From positions 3,037-67,036 of the IMG/VR virus record IMGVR_UViG_2724679131_000001: a DNA stretch of 64,000 bases; one strand, 5' to 3'. The notes under the pieces were generated by a model. The model made no database searches. It was not told the DNA's origin and was given only the letters and a program-made list of their open reading frames with translations. The stretch comes from a virus (taxonomy: Duplodnaviria; Caudoviricetes). The translations under genes were made by a program, and so were the position numbers. Shown here piece by piece: positions 47,109 through 55,662 of this stretch (position 1 is the first letter of the stretch; every line of letters starts with the position of its first letter).

Positions 47109-47723
47109 TTAGTTAGTTCGCTTTGGCGATATTAGCGCGAGCAATTCGTCATCGCCGACCGTCAACGTAAACGGTCGCAACGACCCGTAAAATCGCAGCT
47201 CTGCCTCGGTAATGCCCGCGTCTTTGAATAGCTTCAAGGCGTCGACCATGAACGTTGTATCAAATGTTACCGGTTCAATCTCGCCTTCTTGCGTTAGCAC
47301 CTCGTAGCTCGCCGTCATTGCTCTATTTTCGGCTACAAACGCTATCTTTGTGCCTTCGTCGATCGGCCTAACCTCGACACGCTCCTCGCCTTTGCCGACA
47401 ACTTGATTCGCCTTAAGCAATGCAGTAAACGCGTTCAGCGCCTCTTTGACATTCAGCCGCGCGATATATTTAGCGTCAGCCCTATTCGGTATCAAGCGTG
47501 AAACATCCGGATAGCTACCGTCAATGGTGCCACCATTTTTCGGGTCGACAACGGATGTCTCTGCGTGGCTGTGCACGTGCTTTGCGGCATATAGCCGATG
47601 TGAATCCGTTACGTAAAGCATCCCGTCGGGCGCATGATACACGCCTTTTAAGGCCGGCCGACTTGCCGGAGCTGACTTCGTTACCTTTTCCGCATGCTTC
47701 ATAAACGTTACGTATGAGATCAA
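47109..47723 (-). CDS. DNA polymerase III beta-clamp-like protein (domains II and III only)
   Basis: RPALKGV, TDSHRL, GSYPDVSRLIP, FMVDALK, LRPF, ISPKRT. Confidence 0.8.
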   Translation of the reverse strand: MISYVTFMKHAEKVTKSAPASRPALKGVYHAPDGMLYVTDSHRLYAAKHVHSHAETSVVDPKNGGTIDGSYPDVSRLIPNRADAKYIARLNVKEALNAFTALLKANQVVGKGEERVEVRPIDEGTKIAFVAENRAMTASYEVLTQEGEIEPVTFDTTFMVDALKLFKDAGITEAELRFYGSLRPFTLTVGDDELLALISPKRTN

Positions 47724-47941
47724 TCTTCATCGTCTCCTTCCGTTTTATCTTCGTCTACTACCGCCAACTGATACGGTACGAACGCCACTTCAATCGCCCT
47801 GTCGCTCGTAATGAATAGCCCGAACAATGCCGCTAGTACGACGTATACAACCGCTTGGCCCCACGTTGTGGCAACACCTGCCGCTGACAATCCGTAATGC
47901 ACAATCGGAATGCCAGCTAAAAATACGATAAACCTTCTCAC
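47720..47941 (-). CDS. Small two-TM membrane protein
   Basis: GTG overlaps the polA stop; two hydrophobic segments. Confidence 0.6.
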   Translation of the reverse strand: MRRFIVFLAGIPIVHYGLSAAGVATTWGQAVVYVVLAALFGLFITSDRAIEVAFVPYQLAVVDEDKTEGDDED

Positions 47942-50100
47942 GCGAACCACTCCTCCTCTGTTACTTTTTGTTGCCAACGATCCGGATATATTTCGATATC
48001 GCAACGTACTGGCACCGCAAGTTTCACTGCGTTTGCCTGCGTATCTCGAATTTCGTACAATGCTTCCCGTGTAATATCACGCGGGCAGTCGTAAACTAGC
48101 TCGTCATGGACTTGCAGCAGAATGTGCACGTCGTATTTCGCCAATACCGGCTGTAAGTCGACGATTGCCTTTTTTAATATTGAACCGGCACTCGCTTGTA
48201 TCGGAAAGTTACCCGCCTGCCTTTGTGCCGCGAAAACCTTCCACCGATCCTTCGACTTCACGTCGCTGTGCAATCGCCTTTTCCTGCCGAAAATATCCAT
48301 TACATAACCCTGCTGCATGACTTGACGGTGCTGCTCGTCCATGTAACGCTTGATGCCCGGATAGCCCCGAAAGTAGTCGTCTATAATTTTCTGTGCGTCA
48401 GCTTTCGGAATTTCGAGCGTATCGGCGAGCTTGCCGGCACCCATTCCGTATACAATGCCAAAGTTTACGATTTTTGCTTGCTTCCGGTACTTTTGTTGCG
48501 GCGAACCGTCTGTATCCTTTTCTGCCTCTATTTCCTCGTAAGTATAGCCACTTATCAAAGCCGCCGTTGTCGAGTGGATATCGCGGCCGTGTTTGAAGGC
48601 GTCGATTAGCACCGTTTCATTCGCCATATGCGCCAGCACACGAAGCTCAATCTGCGAATAGTCGATCGAAACGAGTATGCGGTCGGGATCCGTCGCCATA
48701 AATAAGTGACGTATTTCCGGGCGCTTTGCTGGGATTTGTTGCGTATTTGGATCACGACATGTAAACCTGCCAGTCGCAGCGCCCCAAGTATTGTGCCACG
48801 GGTGAATCTTGCCGTCGTATTTGACTTCGTGCGGCAGTTTTTGCGTAAAAGCCGACCGCAGTTTACCAATTTCCTTATATTCGATCAGCAACGGAATGAC
48901 CGGATGCTCGCGTTTGAGTTTCTTAATGAATCGGCTATTCGTCGAACCTTGCCCATAATCCGGTAGTTTCAAGTCGCCGAACAGTTTTTTGCTAAGTTGT
49001 GCCGGCGAATTAAGATTTATTTCGTCGCCTAGCATTTCATAAATCTTGCTCTGTAGCTCTACTTCTTCCGCCGCCAGCTTGTCGTCCATTTCTTTTGCCA
49101 TTTCCACGTCAAACCTAATGCCCCGCAAATCTGATCGGATAAATTGGCGGGCAACCGGCATTTCTATCTCGAACACCAGGCGCTTAAGCCGTCGCAAGTC
49201 CTCGCGCCGTTCGTATTGTGCCATTATCCAATCGTACAGCTTTAGTGTTTTTTCCGTATCACCAGCCGCATATGGCAGTGCTACCTTCAACGGCACTTCA
49301 TTAAACGGGATATTCGGAAATAGTTCATCGAAGTTATCGCTCGGCTGTCGGAGCCAGTCCGTCAGCAAATTTTTCAACCGGTGGTCTCGGTTTTCATCGA
49401 GTGACATCGCCATGATGCGGGTGTCTGCATGTAGTGCTTCGCGCAAGTTAAGCCCATATTTAACCGCAAACCACTTGCAATCGAATGGTGCGTTGTGCAT
49501 TACGAGTTTTGTCGTCATCAACGGAATCGTTAGCATGCCGATGATGTCGTCATCCGCCCATATGTTCAGTTCCGTCTTTTCCGTATGATTTAAAGGTAAA
49601 TAGTAATTCTTCCGCCTTGTTGACACGGAAAAGCCCGCCATTTGCCCGCGCCATGGGTCGAGCGCACCGCCGTCTGGCCCGAATGTTTCGCAGTCGAGTG
49701 CAACCAATTCGGACGCTCTTATGTCGTCCGCCATTTGCTGCAACTTCTTGCGCGTGTCAACGAGCACGTAATTCGCAGGAGTTTTCGCCACAAGGGCAGC
49801 GATTTTCCCTTCACGTTGCTTTTCCGCCAGCTCCTTGTACAACCGCAATGCCTCCGCCTTGCTAAACCGCCGGCCAATGTCCGCCGGGTGTCTGCCTATC
49901 ACACCCGACGCCATTGCCGCTTTCACCTCGGTCAAACGCTGCCTATCCGTTTCCGAGTTCTTCATCGCCATAATACGTGCCCACGCCTCGTCTAGCGTTT
50001 CCGTCGCCGCCTTTTTACGCTTGGCTGCCGCCGCCACACGTTCGGCCGAGCTATTAGCCGGTGGCTTTCGTATGTTTAACCGCAGCTTTGGTTCGTCCAA
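47938..50100 (-). CDS. polA: Family A DNA polymerase with 3'-5' exonuclease
   Basis: DCET, HNAPFD, YAAGD, TGRF, DYSQIELR, RKQAKIVNFGIVYG, QVHDE. Confidence 0.96.
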   Translation of the reverse strand: MDEPKLRLNIRKPPANSSAERVAAAAKRKKAATETLDEAWARIMAMKNSETDRQRLTEVKAAMASGVIGRHPADIGRRFSKAEALRLYKELAEKQREGKIAALVAKTPANYVLVDTRKKLQQMADDIRASELVALDCETFGPDGGALDPWRGQMAGFSVSTRRKNYYLPLNHTEKTELNIWADDDIIGMLTIPLMTTKLVMHNAPFDCKWFAVKYGLNLREALHADTRIMAMSLDENRDHRLKNLLTDWLRQPSDNFDELFPNIPFNEVPLKVALPYAAGDTEKTLKLYDWIMAQYERREDLRRLKRLVFEIEMPVARQFIRSDLRGIRFDVEMAKEMDDKLAAEEVELQSKIYEMLGDEINLNSPAQLSKKLFGDLKLPDYGQGSTNSRFIKKLKREHPVIPLLIEYKEIGKLRSAFTQKLPHEVKYDGKIHPWHNTWGAATGRFTCRDPNTQQIPAKRPEIRHLFMATDPDRILVSIDYSQIELRVLAHMANETVLIDAFKHGRDIHSTTAALISGYTYEEIEAEKDTDGSPQQKYRKQAKIVNFGIVYGMGAGKLADTLEIPKADAQKIIDDYFRGYPGIKRYMDEQHRQVMQQGYVMDIFGRKRRLHSDVKSKDRWKVFAAQRQAGNFPIQASAGSILKKAIVDLQPVLAKYDVHILLQVHDELVYDCPRDITREALYEIRDTQANAVKLAVPVRCDIEIYPDRWQQKVTEEEWFA

Positions 50101-50112
50101 TCTGCCACCTCC

Positions 50113-50292
50113 TTACTCGACGTTTATAAGCCGGTAAAATTCCGCTACTTCTCCGAAATGTTCGTCAGCCCATTCGTTAAAACAGTTAGCGTCGCAAAAG
50201 TATAAGCTGTCACGGCTGCTGTAAAGCGCCGTGCCTGTGTCGCAGAGCTCGCCGCAAGCCGCACATGGCACGAAGTCAGGTGCGTTGTTCAT
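50113..50292 (-). CDS. 59-aa zinc-finger protein (not in ORF track)
   Basis: CAACG...FCDANC. Confidence 0.65.
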   Translation of the reverse strand: MNNAPDFVPCAACGELCDTGTALYSSRDSLYFCDANCFNEWADEHFGEVAEFYRLINVE

Positions 50293-51056
50293 TCTCGATC
50301 ACCGTCCAGATCAACGCGGCTTTCGACTGGGGCGACGAGTTTTACATGGTGTTTGTGAATCCAACCGCCTCCTACCAGCGTTAATCCCATTTCGGCATCG
50401 ATGTAACCAGCTGGAGCCACTTCGTTAATAATACGAATTTCTCCCTCTTTAAACACGTCTTTTAACGTGTAGGTAATTTCAACGAGGTCGCCTTCCTTAA
50501 ATTCGTCACGCTCCCGATTAGCTTTCACGAACGGCAGGTCTTTTTCACCTAGCTTTTCGAGATTGGAGGCATCTGTAAAACCGATTGTATTACCGTTGGT
50601 TACCATAAAATTGGACGTTCCGCCAGTGTCATCCAAAATCTTTACGAATTCCCCCGTTTTGAATCCGTTAAGTGTTCGGCTATTCGCCGTTCGTAACCTC
50701 GCATAATCTCCGATATTAAACAATGCATCTTCCGGATTACCCACGCTGGCCTTTTCGTAGACTTCGAAGTTGTCGCCATCTGTATCGTAGGCGTCTTCGT
50801 CGTCATCCAAAATTTGCGGGTCTCCATATTCGTCGATCTCAATAATTTGGTAATACTTGCCAGGCGTTAACCACGACTTGTGCGCGGCAAAATCGTCATC
50901 AAACTTGACGTAGTCCCCTTTTCGGGGCTCACGGTCGGTCACTTTTACGTACTCGTCGTCAGTTGTCGATTTGACACCTAGCGTTTTAAGCAGTACATTC
51001 AGCTCTTCCGGAGTTCCCTCGAATACATTACCGTCAGCAGTCGTTACTTTTACCAT
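50289..51056 (-). CDS. Phage hypothetical protein with repeated SH3-like F..GD modules
   Basis: KGDYVKF, FNIGDY, FKEGDLVEI. Confidence 0.7.
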   Translation of the reverse strand: MVKVTTADGNVFEGTPEELNVLLKTLGVKSTTDDEYVKVTDREPRKGDYVKFDDDFAAHKSWLTPGKYYQIIEIDEYGDPQILDDDEDAYDTDGDNFEVYEKASVGNPEDALFNIGDYARLRTANSRTLNGFKTGEFVKILDDTGGTSNFMVTNGNTIGFTDASNLEKLGEKDLPFVKANRERDEFKEGDLVEITYTLKDVFKEGEIRIINEVAPAGYIDAEMGLTLVGGGWIHKHHVKLVAPVESRVDLDGDRE

Positions 51057-51454
51057 TAAGCAATCGCTCCTTTTTCCGTTTTATTGTCCGTGCCGAGTTC
51101 CAGCCATCTTTTCTTCGCCGTCTGTTCCGTCGACCAGTATTCGGTCAGCCCCGTGCATTCGAACAGAAAAGCGCGGTTGCCGTCAACCCCAACGATCAAG
51201 TCGATTTCGTCCGGCGTATAAGGCTTACCATTGTTCTTCTTCGCGTATACCACGAGCGCGCCATCACGATCGGCCCGTTTACGCAGCGTCTTTACTTGTA
51301 CGCGGTAGCTTTGGCCGTTAGCCGGGTCACGCGCTAAGAAGTCATAAACTTCGGGGACTAACGGCTTAGCAACCTCATAACCGAGTTGCTCCATCATTAG
51401 CTTGGCGGCTGTCAGCTCGGACAGCGCGCCGGTAATTTGGGTTTCGTGTGCCAA
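51056..51454 (-). CDS. PD-(D/E)XK endonuclease (group I intron-associated type), free-standing
   Basis: G.LSEL, GYEV.KP, YD, RVQVKT, Y..DEID. Confidence 0.8.
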   Translation of the reverse strand: MAHETQITGALSELTAAKLMMEQLGYEVAKPLVPEVYDFLARDPANGQSYRVQVKTLRKRADRDGALVVYAKKNNGKPYTPDEIDLIVGVDGNRAFLFECTGLTEYWSTEQTAKKRWLELGTDNKTEKGAIA

Positions 51455-51694
51455 TTAATCCGCCTCACTTTCGTCTACCTCGATAATCGTAAAATCTTCG
51501 CCAGCTTTTCCGGCTTCGTACGCCCTTTTCATTAAATCCGGAATATCGTACGCAAATCCTAAATCGCGCTCGAGGTAAGCGTCCTCCGGGCATTCATTCA
51601 ACGGACGCACGCTTAGTTCGTGCTTGCCGTTAACTTCTAGTTCCAGCGTCTCCATATCGTCGTAATTCTTGCCATACGTTACCTTAACTTCCAT
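51455..51694 (-). CDS. Hypothetical protein
   Basis: GGGAGG RBS; ECPEDA.L.RDL. Confidence 0.7.
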   Translation of the reverse strand: MEVKVTYGKNYDDMETLELEVNGKHELSVRPLNECPEDAYLERDLGFAYDIPDLMKRAYEAGKAGEDFTIIEVDESEAD

Positions 51695-51904
51695 CTATTC
51701 TGCCGCCTCCCTTTTCGATATGCTCCAGGCAAGACCGGCAATCGCAATGGCCACAAACAGCGCAACCCCTCGCGTAAACGTAACGTGTGTGCCTAGCACG
51801 ACTGACAAGCAAAACGCAAGCCCGAATGATAAAAACGCGTAATATGCGAGTAAAATCAGCCCTGCGAGTACTGCCGTTAGAATTGTCGTCATTACTTCTC
51901 TCAT
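51695..51904 (-). CDS. Small membrane protein
   Basis: GGGAGGTG RBS, hydrophobic. Confidence 0.7.
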   Translation of the reverse strand: MREVMTTILTAVLAGLILLAYYAFLSFGLAFCLSVVLGTHVTFTRGVALFVAIAIAGLAWSISKREAAE

Positions 51905-51918
51905 CCGCTCACCTCCCG

Positions 51919-52656
51919 TTAAAATGGCAAATCATCGTCTTCGACGTCAACTGCCTCGTCTTTTTTCGGCACTTCCAGCCCGATCAAGCTAACGTCAAAG
52001 CCCGCCTTAACCAATAGCTCGATTTGTTCGGCCTCGTCCGCTTCATAGAGCAGCCCGTCGAACAGCGACATATCGAACTTGTCCGGCGCCTTGTCGAAGT
52101 TGGCGCGCTGTTCTTCCGTCAGGTCCTCGTCTAAGTCGAGTACCGGCGTCAGGGTCACGCTTGTTGTCGTGCCGCTTCCGGTTTTCGACAGCTCAAACGC
52201 AAGTTTTCCGAGCTTCTTTTCGTATTTCTTGATGACGTCATGTACGCCTTGCGCCTGTTTTTTCGACAGATCAACGATAATCGGCTCGCCGCTGGTTAAG
52301 TCGAAAAATCCCATGGCAAATCGTTGCTTTGCGCGATACTTCGAGGCCTCTTGTCCGTGTACGTCATTAAAATCCTTTGACCGGTCTTTGTGATATTTCC
52401 AGGCTAAATCCCACGGTGTCAAGTTTTCAACCGGGTAACCGTTACGTGATTTTTTCGAAGGGTTTTTCGCGACGAAGCTGTTTACCTGCTTAAAAATCCC
52501 GTAACTAAAGAACGTGATTAAATCCGCAGTGCCCAGCACCTTGACAACGTACGTAGTCCCGCTCTTAAACGGTGAAAACTCGACTTTGTTCCCCCCTTCG
52601 TTGCTTGCATTAAGAGCGTCTAAAGCGTCCGCCCCTGCTTGGTAATTCGCCATCAA
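51919..52656 (-). CDS. Single-stranded DNA-binding protein (gp32-like)
   Basis: Acidic tail ending DDDLPF; K.GSGTTT motif; replication context. Confidence 0.75.
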   Translation of the reverse strand: MMANYQAGADALDALNASNEGGNKVEFSPFKSGTTYVVKVLGTADLITFFSYGIFKQVNSFVAKNPSKKSRNGYPVENLTPWDLAWKYHKDRSKDFNDVHGQEASKYRAKQRFAMGFFDLTSGEPIIVDLSKKQAQGVHDVIKKYEKKLGKLAFELSKTGSGTTTSVTLTPVLDLDEDLTEEQRANFDKAPDKFDMSLFDGLLYEADEAEQIELLVKAGFDVSLIGLEVPKKDEAVDVEDDDLPF

Positions 52657-52820
52657 ACCGTCTCCTTTCGCCTTATCGGCGTGTAATGTTCGAGCACCGG
52701 TTAAACCCGCGCCCGTCGCAAGCTACCGACTAGCAAGCCGAAACCGTGGCGGCGCTTAGCTCGCCCCAGCGACACAATTACCTAACGGCTGCCTCGATAA
52801 CCTCCGACGGGCGCCGGCGG

Positions 52821-52928
52821 CTACCTCTGCCGCCGCTCGCTCCGCACGAAATCAATCACGAGTAATATCATCAGCAAAACCGCGCCGCCACCGTACCACA
52901 GCGCGAACAATTCCGTTAGTCCATCCAT
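52821..52928 (-). CDS. 35-aa single-TM peptide (not in ORF track)
   Basis: MDGLTELFALWYGGGAVLLMILLVIDFVRSERRQR; AAGGAGTG RBS. Confidence 0.55.
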   Translation of the reverse strand: MDGLTELFALWYGGGAVLLMILLVIDFVRSERRQR

Positions 52929-53443
52929 GCACTCGCACTCCTTCGTATTTGCTCAAATTCGTCCTCTAGCCGGTCCAGTTTCGTTTTTACTTCGCTCGCC
53001 TGCGCCGATAGCACATCTATTTTCGCTTGTATACACGCCTGCACTTTCGGCGACTTGGCTCGCGCCTTGTTAAGTGCCAGCTGCGCTAGTTCTACGTTTA
53101 ATTCTGCTAATTCGATGTTTAAAGCCCGACTATCGTGGGTAAACTGACGGTGTAGCTTTCGATATTCGCGTTCAACGGCTTTGCGGATAGTGCTGACGAT
53201 CGGGCTTGCGGCGGTTGTCGGCTCCATGACGGTGACGATCGTGTTTGTCTTGCCGTCAACGATCAGCCGCTTGCCGTCGACTTCGTAAACGGCCTGCGAT
53301 CGGCCTTCGAATGACTGCGTAACCAAGTAGTGCGCTTTCGCCATCAGATCGTTAAACCATTGCGTTGCCTTTTCGGACGGCACGCCGAACCGTAAGCCGG
53401 CGCGCTCGATTGCGTGAAGTGACGGTTTGTAGTGCTTGGTCAT
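52916..53443 (-). CDS. Hypothetical protein: HAxER N-terminal domain plus coiled coil
   Basis: SLHAIERA..RF, TIVTV. Confidence 0.7.
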   Translation of the reverse strand: MTKHYKPSLHAIERAGLRFGVPSEKATQWFNDLMAKAHYLVTQSFEGRSQAVYEVDGKRLIVDGKTNTIVTVMEPTTAASPIVSTIRKAVEREYRKLHRQFTHDSRALNIELAELNVELAQLALNKARAKSPKVQACIQAKIDVLSAQASEVKTKLDRLEDEFEQIRRSASAWMD

Positions 53444-53586
53444 CCGAGTTTCACCGCCTTGATTGATCCTACTGTTTCATATAATAAGTCTTCGTCGTCG
53501 CAGCCATAGTACAATCGGTTAGAGTCGTTAGTATACCTTGAAATCCTACGCAATAATGATAAATACAAATTGGTTTTATCTGACAT
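53440..53586 (-). CDS. 48-aa hypothetical protein (not in ORF track)
   Basis: AAGGCGG RBS, ATGA overlap. Confidence 0.55.
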   Translation of the reverse strand: MSDKTNLYLSLLRRISRYTNDSNRLYYGCDDEDLLYETVGSIKAVKLG

Positions 53587-53684
53587 GTGATTACCGCCTT
53601 TGAAAAATAATGTTTATATCTTTAAAAATTGTGTTATAATAAAATTAACCATGGCTAATAAATTTACACAGGTCATGTGCAAAT

Positions 53685-54218
53685 CTAAATAATAGCGGAC
53701 AGTTGTTCGCGGCACTCTTTACGGAAGCGTTGGATAAACTTCCGATGACTTTCTTTATTTCCTCCCAAAGTGCGCCCCAACGCACCAGAAATAAGTAAGT
53801 CATTTGTGTTCCCATAACTCCACGCTTCCATTATTAACTTTCTTCGACCGTCCTTCCCCAAAAGGTCGGTCATTTCTTTCGCAATCACTTCCGCCTCGAC
53901 ATTCCCCAACATATCTGGCGGTTCATACTCAGTAACGTTTCCTTCTTCATCTTCAAATGTCAAGTCTGCCAGTAATTCGTACGCCTCCTTTTTACACCAA
54001 CTAACATAATCGTGAGCCTCTTTTCTGATCATATTGGCGATGTAACGTTTATTGCTTATGTTTGTATCACCTGCACTTAGATATCGCGCGACTTTTTTAA
54101 TGCAACGTTCCTCAAACCTCGTTTGATCAATTACTTTGTTTCTGATTTTGTCAGAAACAAAATAAATGTAATTGATAATCCAACTATTGCTGTAAACAGC
54201 TAACTGATGGTAATCCAT
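53685..54218 (-). CDS. Phage sigma-factor-like / transcription regulator
   Basis: NVEAEVI.KE, RRKLI, KFIQRFRK region-4-like end; GGAGGGG RBS. Confidence 0.6.
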   Translation of the reverse strand: MDYHQLAVYSNSWIINYIYFVSDKIRNKVIDQTRFEERCIKKVARYLSAGDTNISNKRYIANMIRKEAHDYVSWCKKEAYELLADLTFEDEEGNVTEYEPPDMLGNVEAEVIAKEMTDLLGKDGRRKLIMEAWSYGNTNDLLISGALGRTLGGNKESHRKFIQRFRKECREQLSAII

Positions 54219-54235
54219 TATTATCCCCTCCTACT

Positions 54236-54270
54236 ATATATCCCCAGTTTTTTTTCTTTTTTGGGACATT
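54236..54270 (-). promoter_or_regulatory. Phage-specific promoter/operator type 2 (AATGTCCCA-N9-AAAAACTGGGRATATATA)
   Basis: Repeated at about 62239-62274. Confidence 0.65.
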
Positions 54271-54290
54271 TTTATTATAATTTTCTTTTC

Positions 54291-54337
54291 GTTAAAAATC
54301 AACAGTTATTTTTTAAAAATTAATGTTGATTTTTAAC
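54291..54337. promoter_or_regulatory. 14-bp inverted repeat, likely repressor operator
   Basis: GTTAAAAATCAACA (54291-54304) / TGTTGATTTTTAAC (54324-54337) between divergent genes. Confidence 0.7.
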
Positions 54338-54376
54338 ATATTTTTGTGTACTATTAAGTTGGGAGGTGGATAAAAG

Positions 54377-54586
54377 ATGATATCTTATAAAAAATTTAAA
54401 GAAATGATCGAACGAAAAGGAATTACGCTACATGACCTAATGCGGAAAGGAGTGATTACTGACCAGGCCTATAGATCAATATCCAAAGAAAAGCCAGTGC
54501 GGTTGGATCAAATAGACGCAATTTGCCAATATCTTGACTTGCCCATAGAAAAAGTTGTTGAGATCATCAAGGATGAAAAATGTTAA
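54377..54586 (+). CDS. XRE/Cro-like HTH regulator
   Basis: MISY, IDAICQYLDLPIEKVVE. Confidence 0.85.
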   Translation: MISYKKFKEMIERKGITLHDLMRKGVITDQAYRSISKEKPVRLDQIDAICQYLDLPIEKVVEIIKDEKC

Positions 54587-55505
54587 TAGCACTTACTGAC
54601 CATGAGGCGCCAGCGGTTAACATCTCGTTGGCGTCTTTTTTATTACCGTAATCGACTACCTTTAACCGCACATAGCCGCGCAACATCCGTTCAGCCTGCT
54701 CGTTAAACTTCAGGCCAGCCTTATCGTTATCCCCCGCCAGCCATATTTCTTGAAGCGGACTGCGGCGCAAAATGTCCGCCTGTTCTGCCGTAAATGCTAC
54801 ACCGCCTATTGCAACCGCAGGCTGGCCGACTGTCCACCACGACATTGCATCTATTTCCGCCTCGCATAGTACCGCGACACGTACGCGCTGGCTGTATACT
54901 ATGTCGGCGCCCCACACGAGATGCCTGATCGGATAGCCGCCGCGGTGGTAAAAGAACGCCTTTCCGCGTGTCGCCCGGTACTTAACATTCGCAAGCCGCC
55001 CGTCTGGCATGCGCCACGGTATCGCAGTAAATCCGTGGTAAACGCCTTTACCAACGCCTGCCATGCGCTGGACTTCAGCCGATATGCCACGCCTGCTTAA
55101 ATACGGGCTAACCGCTCGCTCGATCGTCGTCTCTGGCAGTGTCCGAAACGGCTTTGGCAATCGCAAATTCAGCTTCGGCATTTTCAGCGTGCCATCCGGT
55201 CTGTATCCGTAGGCGGCAAGCAGATAATCTTCCGTTTCCTCGTAGCTTTCATTCCGGAGAAAAGACAGCAGCTTGACGAAGCCGCCCGACTCCCATTCCG
55301 CGTCATACGCGCCCGAATCTTTCCAGGTGCCGGCATACGGTCCGTCGAGATTGCAAAAGAATGACGGTGTCTGGTCATATCGGAATGGCGACGCTGCGAT
55401 TAGCTTGTTCGGCGTCCAGCGCGCTCGGTAGCCCCAGTCGAATGCCCGTAACTCATCCTCGATTGCGACGTTAACGTCCTGACCGCGTATCCTTACATTC
55501 GGCAT
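54567..55505 (-). CDS. TOPRIM DNA primase
   Basis: SPFR.D.TPSF, YLSRRGI, NVKYR, EAEIDAMS, DND.AG, KDANE. Confidence 0.9.
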   Translation of the reverse strand: MPNVRIRGQDVNVAIEDELRAFDWGYRARWTPNKLIAASPFRYDQTPSFFCNLDGPYAGTWKDSGAYDAEWESGGFVKLLSFLRNESYEETEDYLLAAYGYRPDGTLKMPKLNLRLPKPFRTLPETTIERAVSPYLSRRGISAEVQRMAGVGKGVYHGFTAIPWRMPDGRLANVKYRATRGKAFFYHRGGYPIRHLVWGADIVYSQRVRVAVLCEAEIDAMSWWTVGQPAVAIGGVAFTAEQADILRRSPLQEIWLAGDNDKAGLKFNEQAERMLRGYVRLKVVDYGNKKDANEMLTAGASWSVSAINIFHP

Positions 55506-55662
55506 TCTGCCGCCTCCTTTCCGCTTGGATAAATCTAGCATACATGCCTTATTTTCATTAATCAAGGCGCCCTTTCGCTAGTTTATAGCCCAATATTTTC
55601 GTTTTAGTAAATTATCACGTTGTTTTTCCGTCATAGCGTTGATTGTTACAGTTATATTACAT

